A stretch of DNA of 64,000 nt from assembly GCA_965649765.1 (NCBI GenBank), contig OZ287753.1:65348001-65412000 (forward strand), read 5' to 3'. Under the pieces are notes generated by a model. It did not search any database and had not been told where the DNA came from. It was given only the letters and a program-made list of their open reading frames with translations. Shown here piece by piece: positions 39,498 to 53,679 of the stretch (its first letter is position 1; every line of letters begins with the position of its first letter). A program made the position numbers and the translations under genes. Source of the DNA: Bispira polyomma (lineage: Eukaryota).

Positions 39498-41209
39498 CTT
39501 ATGAAATGATGTAGTCTCTCTCTGATCTCTATATAGACATATAGTGGTGCAGTCTATATACTTATGAAGTGATGTAGTCTCTCTCTAATCACTATACAGA
39601 CATAAAGTGGTGCAGTCTATATACTTATGAAATGATGTAGTCTCTCTCTGATCTCTATATAGACATATAGTGGTGCAGTCTATATACTTATGAAGTGATG
39701 TAATCTCTCTCTAATCACTATACAGACATATACTGGTGCAGTGTATATACTTATGAAGTGATGTAGTCTCTCTCTAATCTCTATATAGACATATAGTGGT
39801 GCAGTCTATATACTTATGAAGTGATGTAGTCTCTCTCTAATCACTATACAGGCATATAGTGGTGCAATGTATATACTTATGAAGTGATGTAGTCTCTCTC
39901 TAATCTCTATATAGACATATAGTGGTGCAGTCTATATACTTATGAAGTGATGTAGTCTCTCTCTAATCACTATACAGACATAAAGTGGTGCAGTCTATAT
40001 ACTTATGAAATGATGTAGTCTCTCTCTGATCTCTATATAGACATATAGTGGTGCAGTCTATATACTTATGAAGTGATGTAGTCTCTCTCTAATCACTATA
40101 CAGACATATACTGGTGCAGTGTATATACTTATGAAGTGATGTAGTCTCTCTCTAATCTCTATATAGACATATAGTGGTGCAGTCTATATACTTATGAAGT
40201 GATGTAGTCTCTCTCTAATCACTATACAGACATATAGTGGTGCAGTCTATATACTTATGAAATGATGGAGTCTCTCTCTGATCTCTATATAGACATATAG
40301 GGGTGCAGTCTATATACTTATGAAGTGATGTAGTCTCTCTCTAATAACTATACAGACATATACTGGTGCAGTCTATATACTTATGAAATGATGTAGTCTC
40401 TCTCTGATCTCTATATAGACATATAGTGGTGCAGTCTATATACTTATGAAGTGATGTAGTCTCTCTCTAATCACTATACAGACATATACTGGTGCAGTGT
40501 ATATACTTATGAAGTGATGTAGTCTCTCTCTAATCACTATACAGGCATATAGTGGTGCAGTGTATATACTTATGAAGTGATGTAGTCTCTCTCTAATCTC
40601 TATATAGACATATACTGGTGCAGTGTATATACTTATGAAGTGATGTAGTCTCTCTCTAATCACTATACAGACATAAAGTGGTGCAGTGTATATACTTATG
40701 AAATGATGTAGTCTCTCTCTGATCTCTATATAGACATATAGTGGTGCAGTCTATATACTTATGAAGTGATGTAGTCTCTCTCTAATCACTATACAGACAT
40801 ATACTGGTGCAGTGTATATACTTATGAAGTGATGTAGTCTCTCTCTAATCTCTATATAGACATATAGTGGTGCAGTGTATATACTTATGAAGTGATGTAG
40901 TCTCTCTCTAATCACTATACAGACATATAGTGGTGCAGTCTATATACTTATGAAATGATGTAGTCTCTCTCTGATCTCTATATAGACATATAGGGGTGCA
41001 GTCTATATACTTATGAAGTGATGTAGTCTCTCTCTAATCACTATACAGACATATACTGGTGCAGTGTATATACTTATGAAGTGATGTAGTCTCTCTCTAA
41101 ACTCTATACAGACATATAGTGGTGCAGTCTATATACTTATGAAGTGATGTAGTCTCTCTCTAATCACTATACAGACATATAGTGCTGCAGTCTCTATACT
41201 TATGAAGTG
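39437..41209 (+). repeat. Tandem array of 28 x 63 bp derived from the LTR
   Basis: Unit tatgaagtgatgtagtctctctctaatctctatatagacatatagtggtgcagtctatatact starts at 39437, 39500, 39563 and so on to 41201; a single unit is present in the other LTR copy. Confidence 0.97.
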
Positions 41210-44116
41210 CCCTATAAATGGCTGTGTATTGTTTATTATTTTTCCCTAAGATCTTAATTAGTTTTGGGTATGTGTTTAAATAGTGTAGGCCTTAAGTGAC
41301 TTATTCTAATAAAAATAGTCAATTCAACAATGACCTTAAGTAGTCAAGATATATTTATGTACAATCAGACATTTAGTAATATCTATAACTATAATGACTA
41401 CACAGCTAGTTGTAGTTAAATTTTCATCTAACCAGTTATTTAAAAACTAGTCAGTAACTTGGATATAATTATATATAGTACATACTTACAGCAGAATAAA
41501 TAAATGTACTGACATCTATGAATAAGGACAGCCTCAGTACTCTTTGTACACTAGATGAACTGTAGCATCTGTTTATAACAGTTCACAATATCACACAAGT
41601 GATCTACTGTATTTTTACTATAAAATACTACCAAAAGATAAATTTGTAGTAAGATGTCCAAATTTGGTAATGTTTACATGACCTGCACCATAATTACCGC
41701 CAAATTAATATCGGTCAAAATAAGCCTATAATAATAAATCGAGATATAAAATTGATCCCAAATATTAATAAACTACAAATAAAATTACTAACTGTCAATA
41801 CCTGAAAGCTGGTCAAATAAATTGTAAAGACTGAAGAGTTGTCAGAATAACCATTCACATAGGGAGTTTCCAGACTGTCTCCGTCAAATGCACAGAGCAC
41901 AGAGAATTGATACTAATCAATACATTTCCAGGCTAAATAAAAAATTTTAAATCCAGTATAAATGCCCAAATAATCATTCTAATAATTAAATATACTAAAT
42001 AATATTTGATAACATTTATAAAGAAGTTTATCCTGTTTTATAGAATTAAGCTGTTAATGTAAACCTCTACTAAACTTTTTTTATTTCGTACCTCACTTCC
42101 TGTCTGGGAAGCTATAAACAAGAAAATGTCAAACATGGCTAACAGCAGTCAAAATAATTTCATAAACTGGCTCAGAAACAAACATAGAATCAAAAATAAT
42201 ACAACAAACCTCCTAGAAACTACATTACACAAGATCAGTTATTGTTTTTACTAGCTAGATTATATAATAGAGGTACACCGTAATATCAATATATTCCTTG
42301 TAACCTCAGTCTATTTACCAGTCCAAATTCAGGCTCACAGATCAACTAATAGGATAACAAGGTTTAATATTCTGGCTTGTGCCTTGAGTTCTGGCTCACC
42401 CAAGTTCACCCTTGGCTATTATTTACTGATCACAGATATGAGAAGTCTCTTCTCAAATATGTGGTACTGTATAGTTCATTAATTATGCATAGAAAGTGAG
42501 CTCAGTTTTTCCCTAAAATATGCACTGAGTGGTATATATATCACACAGTTTGATATAAGACAATCAATAATATTTCACCCTAGCTGAATGGGAGGTAATA
42601 CCCAGATCCGCTTCAGTATTATAACATGAATGTGTTGCTGACCTTTAAAGTTTCTGTTCGGGAAGCTTACTTGTTCAGTCGAGAAGTAGCCTCCTTTGTA
42701 AAAAACATTTTCTCCTCTCTGGTCAAGGTATGTTTATAATTCTCATTGGTCAGTTTCAGTGGTCAGTTGAGACCTCGTGATCAAGTGTAGCTTGTGGCCA
42801 TTTTGTCTCAGTTTAAATTTTTTTATGGAGAAAGATGGTAATAATTTTTTATTTCACCTATTCTTAATGATCAAACCTCTATGCTAACATGCCAGGACGT
42901 TCTTATCTATGGTATGCTGGGTTGGAGTATGTTAATATATCACACATTGGATGGGCGGGGGGGGGGGGGGGGGGGGCGGTGATTATCTATCCAAATTGTT
43001 TGATATAAAATGCTGCAACAGGACTAAAGCTTGTGGACTAAGTCATTTGACATGCTGACCTATAGCAACAGAACATTTATTCCCAACTGTGATACTTAAT
43101 TTCAGATCATCCTGTGGCAAAGGTTTTATGTCAGAATCAGAGGAGGCCCCATTCTGTCTAACGGCCTTAAACCATTGTGCTTTTTAGAGGCGTCTCAGTT
43201 CCCTGATCCATGGACCATACTGGCTTTCACTGAATTTCTTGTATTTAATCAATTAAAAAAATGGGACTGTCAACTACCATTTGTCTGTGTTGAAGTTATC
43301 TTTTCAATGGTATGACATTTCCATTTCAAATTCAACCAATTTTAAGGTCACACTGGTCCTCTGATTCCATTCAGACTTATCTTAAAACCACTCAGCAGGC
43401 AGCATTCAGGTGTGGTGGTACATACCTTTTAACAACATATTAATTCTTAAAATACACTACTAAATTCATTGGGTTTGGAACTTTGCTGATGTATATTTTG
43501 ACGGTGTAGTAAATTGAGGTCCTAATATATGAGTTATGTACTAATAAGTAAATATCTTGAGTAGAATAAAATTGCCAAAATGGAATTTAGAGATTGTCAT
43601 TGTCTTTCATTGTAACACTCTTACGAATAACATTATAAGGCCTTGACATAAACTGTACTCGGTTATCAATTGTTAATCTTGTATTTGGTCGTATTACCTA
43701 ATACTTTACAGTTTTTCGATTTTTGTTATTAACTTATGCAAACAATTTTTTTTTACCCTTTTTTACCCAGGATGTCATATGACGTCAATGTTTCATATTT
43801 TAGTTTACTCTTCGGTCATAGCTTTTCTTGGGCTTCAATTACCAAGTTTTTCCCAGACTCCTCCCATAATGTATTAAATACGAAAAGTTAGGAATAAGTA
43901 ACCGCAACAATATAATGAGTAGCTTAATCTCTGCATAGACTCAGAAACGCGTTGTGACATCACAGCATTTATCTCAACTTATGGTGACGTATTTCAGTGA
44001 CGTTTCTATTCGACGTCATAATGTAGCAACAAGTGGAGCCCCATTTGTTTGCTTCCGTTTGGAGCCGTTAAATATTTGCTAGATTGTGTCTTGTTTACTG
44101 GTATAATTCAATAAAT

Positions 44117-44235
44117 ATGAAGCTTGCTAGCCAAGGAATCATTTTGCTGCTATTTATGACTGTATACGTCATATGTTCTGACGATAATAACCCACATGTT
44201 GTTGAAAGGCGTGGTTTCGGTGAGCAGAATGACAG
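44117..44235 (+). CDS. Gene B coding exon 1: signal peptide (MKLASQGIILLLFMTVYVICS-DDNNPHVVERRGFGEQND)
   Basis: ATG 44117, hydrophobic N-terminus, ag|gtaaga donor in phase 2. Too short for the ORF track. Confidence 0.75.
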
Positions 44236-44665
44236 GTAAGAGAATACTTGCCTGTGACTGTGAGGGAACAAAGGTTAAAACTTACTACACCCGTGGACAT
44301 TGATTGGAACGATTTTTTTGGTTTTTCTTAATATTTTATTATTTAGAAATATTATTTATTTTGTATTTGTACTTCATAAAATAGGTTATATGACAGCACA
44401 ATTAATAAGTAATAAAAAGGGTCTGAAGTATTTGAAGATTATTCTAGAAATTAAATAATTTCTTCAAATTTTCAAAATCGAAGTGGACATTAATTGGAAC
44501 ACTTTTTTTTTTCGTTGCTCATTTTTTACAATGCTTCTTGATATTAACCAATAAATATCAATGAAATTGTTCTAAATTATATTATTGGCTATGTAGCCCA
44601 ATTTGGTAAAAATTGTGACAGTTAATCTAAAAAAATCAGCCTGAATAAAAAAATAGGCATCCAAA

Positions 44666-44907
44666 TAGATGTGGTTACCGCGGCGATCGTCACTTAGCTG
44701 TCTTATCGCCGTGGCACGAGCCCACATAGAACTGGAGATTTCTAAAAACTTTTAAATTTTTTTTTTTAATATTTTTTTTATTTTTTTTTCAAGTGTTTTT
44801 AAGGTTTTCATTTTTTGTTTTCTGTTTTAAAAAATCTCCAGTTCTATGTGGGCTCGTGCCACGGCAATAAGACAGCTAACTGACGATCGCCGCGGTAACC
44901 ACGTCTA
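44666..44907. mobile_element. Foldback MITE
   Basis: About 80-bp near-perfect inverted arms around a T-rich spacer; 9-bp TSD gcatccaaa / gcatccata. Confidence 0.85.
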
Positions 44908-46010
44908 GCATCCATATTGTCATATTTCGGGTTAAAAATAAATGAAATTGCTATACCGTTTTTTTCTGAAATATCGCCCGGGCGATCATTGTTTTCATAA
45001 TATAATCAGACGGGCGTTAAAACAGACCCGGCGATTATTTGAGTAAGGGCGTTTATTAAAAACTATGAATTTTCATAAACAGTTTACTTACCAAAAGCTA
45101 TTCATTGATCCATTGTAGGTCTAAAATCCTTGAAATAAATATACCGGTACTGGTAAACCTAGTTTACCGTTTCACCTTTCCAGTAGACAGCAATATTTAA
45201 CTGGCAATATAAAACTCCTGTGAGTCCTGTAATATATTTAAATAATTTTCTTCTCTTTTTTTTTAATTTAGTATTTCATGTATTTGTACCAATTTTGCAT
45301 ATCATGTACTGTACAATATTGAAACAAATAAAAACATATTGAAATAAGTGAAACATTTTATTCTATTCTCAAAGTAACATGACAACAAACATTTTTTGCA
45401 CACTAGAAAGTTCTTAACTATAACATTTGAAAGTTCATTTGTAAACTGTAAATGCTAATATTTAGTGCCAATTTGTCAATGTTTGTATTCATCTGAAATT
45501 TCATCACTACAGATTTAACGACATCACACTTGTAAGTTAATTATGCTTAAATACAACAACTTGTTATTTAATAGTAATATGTCAATGTTTGTCAATGTCA
45601 ATCATCTAAAATTTCGTCACTGTCACTTTCAGAACTTTCACTGGTAACAGCATGAGTATCATCAATCTCTTATAAATTTCCATTGCATGCGACCAGCTTC
45701 CTTGATTTTTCTGCAATTTCCTCCCTATATAAATTACAAGCTATAGTTAAAGATACGGTAACTGTACTTCAGATTTTATGTCTCTTTCAACTTTTACTAA
45801 CATGACAGATAATATATTGATTGAAAGAAATCATTACTGGTATGTTTACAAAAGTGATCTTTAGTAATTTGGGTAAAGGAAACCGGTGTAGTTGGTCAAG
45901 ATTACAGTTGTGGTGATAAAAAACCTGTGTGGTGGTGAATGAATATTACAGTACCAGTATTAAATTAAAACTTTCAACAGAGTACTTAGGGAAGTATGGT
46001 ATTGGTACTT

Positions 46011-47686
46011 TTATTTGTGATAATTCCACCTGTAATTAAAGAGACATCCTTTTCCCTTCAAACATTCAATGTATTCATCTTTTGATGAATCGACCTTGTT
46101 ACTAATGGCACAAGTGAAGAAGCTTCGAATTATAAGTTCAGTGGAGAGTCTTGACCATGCAGTTTTCACCCATTGTGCTACCAGAAGCCTTGATGGAGGT
46201 TTAAGATTACCACCAACGGTTACAGGTTTGTCATCCGTCATCATCCACTCTTCACATAGTTCTCGCAAGTGTGCCTTGAAAGGTGCGTTCCGACAAACAT
46301 CTGGTGCCTATGAAAGTTAGGGTTAGGGTTAAACCTAGTGTTAGGGTTAGGGTTAACCCTAGCCCTAACCCTAACTAATTTTCAAAAGTCAATGTTTGAA
46401 GTCAACATTAAGCACTTTTTCTACACTGACACCCATCACCAGATATTGACAGCTACTTTATTACACTCTATCTTGTTGTATCAGAATATAGATTCTAAGG
46501 CACAACATTTAACCAATGTTAGTGACGTAAGGTAAGATTATAACATACCTGTATAATGCCAGTACATCCTCCAGGAATAATTGCCATATCAACCTTCATC
46601 TTCTTGGCTTCACACTTTACAGCCTGTGAAATATAGCATCTGTAGCTGTCCCATACCAATAGTCTTTTGTTGAAAGTCATTCTGCCAAGGATAGAATTGA
46701 GATATTGAAGAGTGAGGTTCTCATTCATCCAACCATTTTCACTCATAACTGGTACAATGCCAGGAAGCATGGCAACCTCTCGATCCATCCTCTTGCCTTT
46801 AAAAATGATCATTGGAGGGAGCTTTGTCCCATTTGCTTTTGCTGTAAGGCACACAGTGATTCTTGACTTTTCATGACCTGTTGTACGTATTGGGATGCTT
46901 TTTTCACCTATTGCAGATATAGTGGTACTTCCTGGCATATCAAGCCATACTGCTGTTTCATCCATGGCATACATGTCTGCCATGCCATAATAATTCTTTA
47001 TTCTGAGGCTACGTATGTAAAATATGAAGTTTTTAAGCTTTGACACATACTGTGCTGGTATCTTTTGGCCCTGTGTTGTCTTGCGGCGTAGTGTTAGATT
47101 ATGCCTTCTGAAAAAGCGATTAAGCCATCCATTACTTGCAACAAAGTTGCTGTCTCCTCTAACTTCTACATCTGAGCGAATCTGGGCATCCTGCCTGCTT
47201 AGCTCTCTTGCTTTGTTCCTTACCAGTTTCCTATTAACTCTATTCCTTCTTTCTCTCATCTCAGATATCCAATCAACAAGTTTTTCTTCCAAAGTTCTGC
47301 TCATTGGTTTCCTGCCTGTACCATCAAGCTTCATTCGTTTTTCACCACCAGATCTTTGTAGGTATTCTTTTAACTGATCCTTTTGCTTTACCCATTCTCT
47401 TGTTCTTTTTGGAGCTACACCATAATTTCTTGCAGCAGCCTCTTTACTAGCCGTCTCCGAAAAAACCACTGCTTCCAACTTAAAAGGTATTGTATAGGAT
47501 TTGTGAGTTTCTTTTCTTTCTGTAGCACTGAGCAATATCCCTATCTTTTTCTTCAATAGTTTTCTTGCGATATGTTCTAGTGCCGGTAACTTCAGCATCG
47601 GTTTCCTTGCCAGTTTCTTCACTAGAACCATCAGCATACTCCAAAGTATCGTTAATGTCTGTATTTGGGTTACAATTTGAAGCCAT
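46011..47686 (-). pseudogene. pogo-like DDE_1 transposase (N-terminal HTH, CENP-B-type HTH, DDD), with a frameshift near 47510 and an intron at about 46308-46549
   Basis: KSYTIPFKLEAV, FVASNGWLNRF, MDET, LLVWDSY, IPGGCTGIIQ|APDV..NAPFK joined across gtatgt...tttcatag. Confidence 0.9.
46316..46376. repeat. Short head-to-head TTAGGG/CCCTAA telomere-like repeats
   Basis: gttagggttagggttaaacctagtgttagggttagggttaaccctagccctaaccctaac. Confidence 0.8.
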
Positions 47687-48994
47687 TTCTTTGGTTAAAT
47701 TACCGGCTGATAAATATTTCTGTCTGCTGGTACAGGAAGACAGTTCGAGATTTACCGGTAAAAAAATCCTTAACACATTACAAAGACACTACCCAAATGT
47801 ACCATATATTCCGATAAATATCAGATGTTAATTTGTTTATGAATCAAAAGATACTGAGTATCCTTAAGTGTCACTATTTTGATAGCTACAGTACTTGGAA
47901 CAAAATGAGGAAAGCCCAAAATGACAAAAACGATCACTGGTTACCAAGGTACCAGACGTGTAACCTTTCTTTATATCGGCGCATGTTGTGTCAACACAGC
48001 GGGAGGGGGGGCGTTAATTCGGATCCGGCGTTTAATTATCTCATTGTCCGTTTGCCCGGGCGTCAATTCGGACCCGGCGATGTTTCGGACCCGGGCGATA
48101 TTTTGGAATAAAACGGTAAAATATTTGTTATTGTTTAACAGGGACATTTATTGGACATAATTATAACGACTTGTTATAAAATATATGCCAGTGGAATTTT
48201 ATTTTAAATTTGTTTGATTTAAGCTATAACCTTGCAATTTACTGTAAAATCGTTCCAATTAATGTCCGTTCTAATCAATGTCCACGGGTGTAGACTTGCG
48301 TGGCGTATGCGTGATAAAAGGCTTTAAAGTCAAATACAGCACATAAACTGACTGTTTGAGTAAATGGCCTTGCGTTGTGTAGAAATCGATCGAACCCACA
48401 TGTTAAGCCTGGAATAAACATGTACAGCCATGCATCATGTTTTCGACGCAATGGGGTTTTTTGACGTACTGTATTTACTTTGTGCATATTTTATGATAAA
48501 TGTAATTTTTTTTAAGTACGTCGGAAACCCCGTTGACCATCATACGCATCCGTATCCGCGTCCGCAGAATCAAATTACACCTTTAGCATGGTTGTTCCAT
48601 ATTCCGGTCTACGTAACTTACAGTGCATAAACTGACTGTTTAAGTAAATGACCTTGCGTTGTGTAGAAATCGATCAAATCCACAAATTAAGCCTAAAATA
48701 GACATGTATGCATCTGCATCCACGTCTACAGAATCAAATTACACCAGTCCTGTACTTATTTTTCATCCGCATCCTTATCCGCATAGTTAAAATAATCATT
48801 GAAGGTGTACTTCTTTGTGTCATATTTTATTTTTTAACAAGCTTTCTCAGGTAGAATGTAGTTTGCTGGTACCAATATGACGTCACTAACTCCACTTCAA
48901 AATTTTAAGAAGGGGTTTGGGGGCTTTTCCCCAATCTTTTGCTAAACTACGATTTATTTCTAATATCATAAACTAGGTAGAGAATATTTAAACC

Positions 48995-49255
48995 ACGGTG
49001 GTATACCATATACAAAAATGTTCGCTTGTATTTCCAACGGCTGTATACCCAAGACAGTTTAGGTCGCTTGTGTACCCAACGGTTGTGTCCCCAAGAAAGA
49101 AACATATTCTTATGTACCCTACGATTGTGTCCCCAAGGAAGATATGTAGTCTTATGTACCCTACTGTTGCGTTCCCAAAACAGAAACATATTATGTACCC
49201 AATGGTTGTGTCCCCAAAAAAGATATGTAGTCTTATATACCCAATCGTTGTGTAA
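48995..49255 (+). repeat. Degenerate ~40-bp tandem repeat
   Basis: Recurrent atgtacccaacggttgtgtccccaag motif. Confidence 0.7.
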
Positions 49256-51024
49256 ATAACCACTTGGATCTATTAATGCTTAATTTTATCTTATTTATGT
49301 AATATTTGCGTCGAAAATGGCACTTTTAAGCTATATTTTTTCCACCATTTTAAAAAAAAAAACGTTTTATGCACATACGTAATTGGTCCGGCAAAGTGCA
49401 TTTGCTCCACTTTCTCTGTTCTCAAATTAGATTTTCAAAGGCAAAACCAAATTGTAGAATGAAGAAAGTTACAGAACAAAATTAAAAAAGTTTTAACCCT
49501 TATCGTTATGATGATTAGTTTATACTGCAGCAGTTTTTCTAAAAATAAGTGAATTTAACCAGGCTTTATGCAACTATCATATGTACAGACAGATGCCATT
49601 TATTATCAGCATTCTAATGATATATAATTTATTAAAATCCATCCATAAATGCTTTGGAACCTAATATGCAAGACACAATACCAAATATAGCTTTAAAAGG
49701 TTATTTTATTCATTGTCCGCATTGGTATCCACATCCGTAAAAAAAAAGGCTCCCATTCCTTAATTTGCGAACGCAAACACCCACATCAAAAACTGCGCCG
49801 CGTGTAGGTCTATATGTCGTAACTATTTCATTTCCATTCCTTATATTTGCGGATAAGGATGTGTAAGGTACTTTGCGTACAGGTCTTTATAACCCCTTAC
49901 AGGGTGGCTATCTTTTACACATACGCAGTGCCGCTTCCACCCTAACCGACGAAAGCAAGTAACAGCAATCCTATTTATCTGGCTTAATGGCTATGTAATT
50001 AAAAAATATATATCACCTATACTTCCACTATATTTGAGCATTTAATCAGTAATATTCTCTGTAAAAGCTTGCATTTCAAACAATTTTGGGTTCTTTCCAA
50101 ATATATGGTACTTCCCAAATATATGGATAGTAGTGACGATTCGACGAACGTCTAAGCGTTTGTTGGTCTATTGACCACATAGATGACGATTGGTGAAGAT
50201 CATCAGAAAATCGATCATTACAGTCCGACTTTAACTAATAATATCCTTATTACCATATCATTTGAATTGAAATTTGTGATACCTATCACAAAGTACAGAA
50301 TAAGAGCTTTTTGGTAAAACCAAAACAAATATTTTAGAAGTATTCATATATGATACAGCCATTTGATAATTGAATACACCAGTATAAAATTTTTTTAATA
50401 AAAACTGGCTATATTGTCAACTGGCCATTTAAATATTGTGAAATGCAGCAATGACAAGCCAGTCTAAAAAGCTATTATTAAAAAGACGTCTTCGGCATTT
50501 TCTATGAATAGTTCATTTAAATATTGTTAAATGAAGCAAAATTGACCAGTATACATCTATATCAATAACATAAAGCCGCTTTTATAAGCAACTATACGAG
50601 AAATCTTCACAATTTGAGCCGTTTTTATCAAAAATGGGCTGTATTTGTCATAAAAGTCGTTTTCGTCATTCAGGAACACTGCGCAATGCCTACATTTTTA
50701 TTGTGTGACAATTTATTTATCCCATAATGTACACATCTGGTGAGTTTTATACAAACGCCTAAGGTATGTATGCAAGAGCCTACGCAAATTCAAGTTTAGT
50801 GAGTTTTTAGCCCTAAGATAGGACTGTATAATGAAAATCGCGTATCCGCACACTGACAGTCCTATCGGCTTCCACAAGAAAAATCTAAGGTTTTCAAACT
50901 TTGGCTTTAGACTCTGTATATAATAAACATTTGACTGTCCCTATGTGTCCCAAGTATTCTCTGTATATTGTATTAACAGTCAAAAACATAACTTTGAAAC
51001 CAGCCTGCACAAGGCAAATAATAT

Positions 51025-51403
51025 TAGGGGTGGGACGGGCCCTAAAAAAGCACCCCGAATAATCGCTAGCGTCTAACCGGTTCGAAACCGGGTACCCGTA
51101 AATTTAGTATGCACCAATCTCAGAAACCAGCCTAACAAAATGGCGGCTGATGTAAACAAAATCTTACAAAAAATAAAGGCAAATATCTGGGGGAATATTG
51201 GAAATTAGAAGAAAAACGTATGTTGGATGCTAAAATTTAACCAAAGTTATTGTTTTGGTGAAGTTATTTATAATTACAAGCTATAATATAAGAGTTTTAA
51301 CTTAAAACGTACACGTTTTCGAGTCCCCGAATCGCAAATTTCACTCTGGTTTCCCCCAAAATCGACCCGTAATCGGGTAACCGGTCCCCCTGTCTCACCC
51401 CTA
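51025..51403. mobile_element. Non-autonomous hAT-type element
   Basis: TIRs taggggtgggac / gtctcaccccta; perfect 8-bp TSD aataatat (51017-51024 and 51404-51411). Confidence 0.85.
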
Positions 51404-53231
51404 AATAATATCCAACTCGATTGCTGTAATTTTTACAGCTAGAAACTTTATAGCATCCATGTTTGTTTGTAGAAGTTGCTAAGCTTCAAAATCTACCAAA
51501 ATTGGGTCAAGGCTATCTTTCATTCATATAATTAATATAATCCTATGATGAATGTATTGTTCTCTCAAAAACAGAGTAAAATTGTATGAAGTATTTAAAT
51601 ACTTGTCTTACTGTTACACATCAAAAATCTATATTGGAAATGATAATAATTGGATGTCACATGTTTTTTTGTCTGTTTCTTAAATTATTTTCTTGGTAAA
51701 GAGTTTAATTAAAAAAAAGAGAGAGAGAATTCTTGTTTATTATAGTGCCACCTGCTGCATATAGATTACATTTTTACAACTGCATAACAAAATACTGCAC
51801 ACCAGCTAAACAAAACTTACAATACTGCAGGTGATTTTATTTGCCCGAAATAGTAGATAACCTTCTAAAATGCCCGAAATAGTAGATAACCTTCTAAAAT
51901 GGTAGGCTGCTCAATGCCTGTGAACACGTCTTTTGCGCAATGTTTTAAATCTGTGTAAAACACTTTGTAGTCTGTATAATGCAAGGTAGGTTGTTTACGT
52001 TCTGCATGGTAAGTTGTTTATGTTCTTCCATTAATCACCCTTGATACTCTTCTCTATTTAAACTTGTATGATGTTCCACCATATATTTCAAATTATGTAA
52101 CGTCACAATACAAGATTCGCTATACTACTGTTTTTAATGATTTTCAATTGAAATGTTTAAGTTTTAAATGCTTTGTGCAAATAAAAATGGGTTAAACGGT
52201 CACGAAAGAGCCAGTTTGAAGCCACTGTATAGGGGATATGTACAAAAATTAAAATTTCTAAACGCAGCATAATTTCTCAGAGGTGCATTTATGTGTTTAC
52301 GTTCAAAGCCCCTTAAGTATACTCCTAATACTAGGTGGCTGTATATTTAAAATTCATTGCAAAACGTAACTGCTTCCGTTGCACGGCTTTTAACGAGGCC
52401 AATAGCGTCATAATAACTATATGACACACGTCTTTACTAGGATAATGGATCACATGTTCAACCAGAACCATAGACTTTACAGGTAGGATGCACATGTAGG
52501 TGTGACCAGCCCATTAGTGACATCCTATTGGTACCAGTAAACTGCATTCTAGCCAAATATTGAATATTCTTTTTATTTTGAAGAGTTAATCTGAAATTTA
52601 TGGTTCATTTAAATCACAGAAACTTAGTATCTATCAGATAATGTAAAAAGAAAAATCGATGCATATTGTGTCACTTCCGGAAAGTGCTTTAAATCAATAT
52701 ATTGCAGTGTACAACTAAATATTTCCTAGCATAATCTTGTAGTTTTTGTGTCACATCTTGTATTTTTATAAACCTTCTCTAAATTTGTTTTATTAAAATT
52801 TCAGAAAAAAAAATTCAGTGGTAAAAAACTTATAATGTTGACCAAAATCGACCCATACTGCATGGCCCGGTGTATTTCTATTTGTCCGACAATTTTTCTG
52901 GTTAATAGAAGCAGTGATCGCAAATACTGTATACATGTATTTGATTTTTAAGTTATTTCATTTTACTCAGTGCACTGATAACAAAGTGCACTGATAACAA
53001 TTGGGCCATTGCTAAAGCCTAAACCTAGATCTATCATCTTCATATTGAACGGTTTTATACATTAAATTTTACCAATAATATTGACTAGACCATGCTTCAC
53101 ATTATTGTAAATTGACTAGTTGACACAGCTTCTGATAAAGGATGATTACCCATGTCATCAATTATTTTTCTTATTCAAGAAGGTGATCTCTTACCAAAGG
53201 ATTTATGGCACATTTATGAGACTTTTATTAT

Positions 53232-53265
<34 letters not shown>

Positions 53266-53275
53266 TGATGAAAAG

Positions 53276-53679
53276 TTTGAATGGAGATGAGGACAAAGTG
53301 GTGAAGGTCCCAGCTGAAGAGACAGAAGTAGAGGCTTTGGAAGGGAGTAACCATGTGGATGAAGATGAGGACAAAGTGATGAAGGCCCTAGCTGAGGAGA
53401 CAGAAATAGAGGCTTTAGAAGGGAGTAACCATGTGGATGGAGATGAGGACAAAGTGGTGAAGGCCCTAGCTGAAGAGACAGAAATAGAGGCTTTAGAAGG
53501 GAGTAACCATGTGGATGAAGATGAGGACAAAGTGATGAAGGCCCTAGCTGAGGAGACAGAAATAGAGGCTTTAGAAGGGAGTAACCATGTGGATGAAGAT
53601 GAGGACAAAGTGGTGAAGGCCCTAGCTGAAGAGACAGAAATAGAGGCTTTAGAAGGGAGTAACCATGTGGTAAAGAGAT
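53276..53679 (+). CDS. Gene B coding exon 2: five 26-aa acidic repeats ending in HVVKR
   Basis: Long T tract then aaag| in phase 2; 78-bp repeat encoding (G/E)DEDKV(V/M)KALAEETEIEALEGSNHVD; t|gtacgt donor in phase 1. Confidence 0.8.

Larger units (their letters stand above)
44956..48116 (-). mobile_element. pogo/Tigger-family DNA transposon, full length, in gene B intron
   Basis: TIRs ccgtttttttctgaaatatcgcccggg / cccgggcgatattttggaataaaacgg, with TA on both sides (44954-55, 48117-18). Confidence 0.92.

Noticed and set aside
39437-41209. CRISPR-like array or coding repeat (ORF 40436-40663)
   Set aside because: Units are contiguous with no unique spacers, the context is eukaryotic, and the ORF is a by-product of the 63-bp period.
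46316-46376. Chromosome end-to-end fusion site
   Set aside because: Only a few repeats, and they lie inside an intact transposon.
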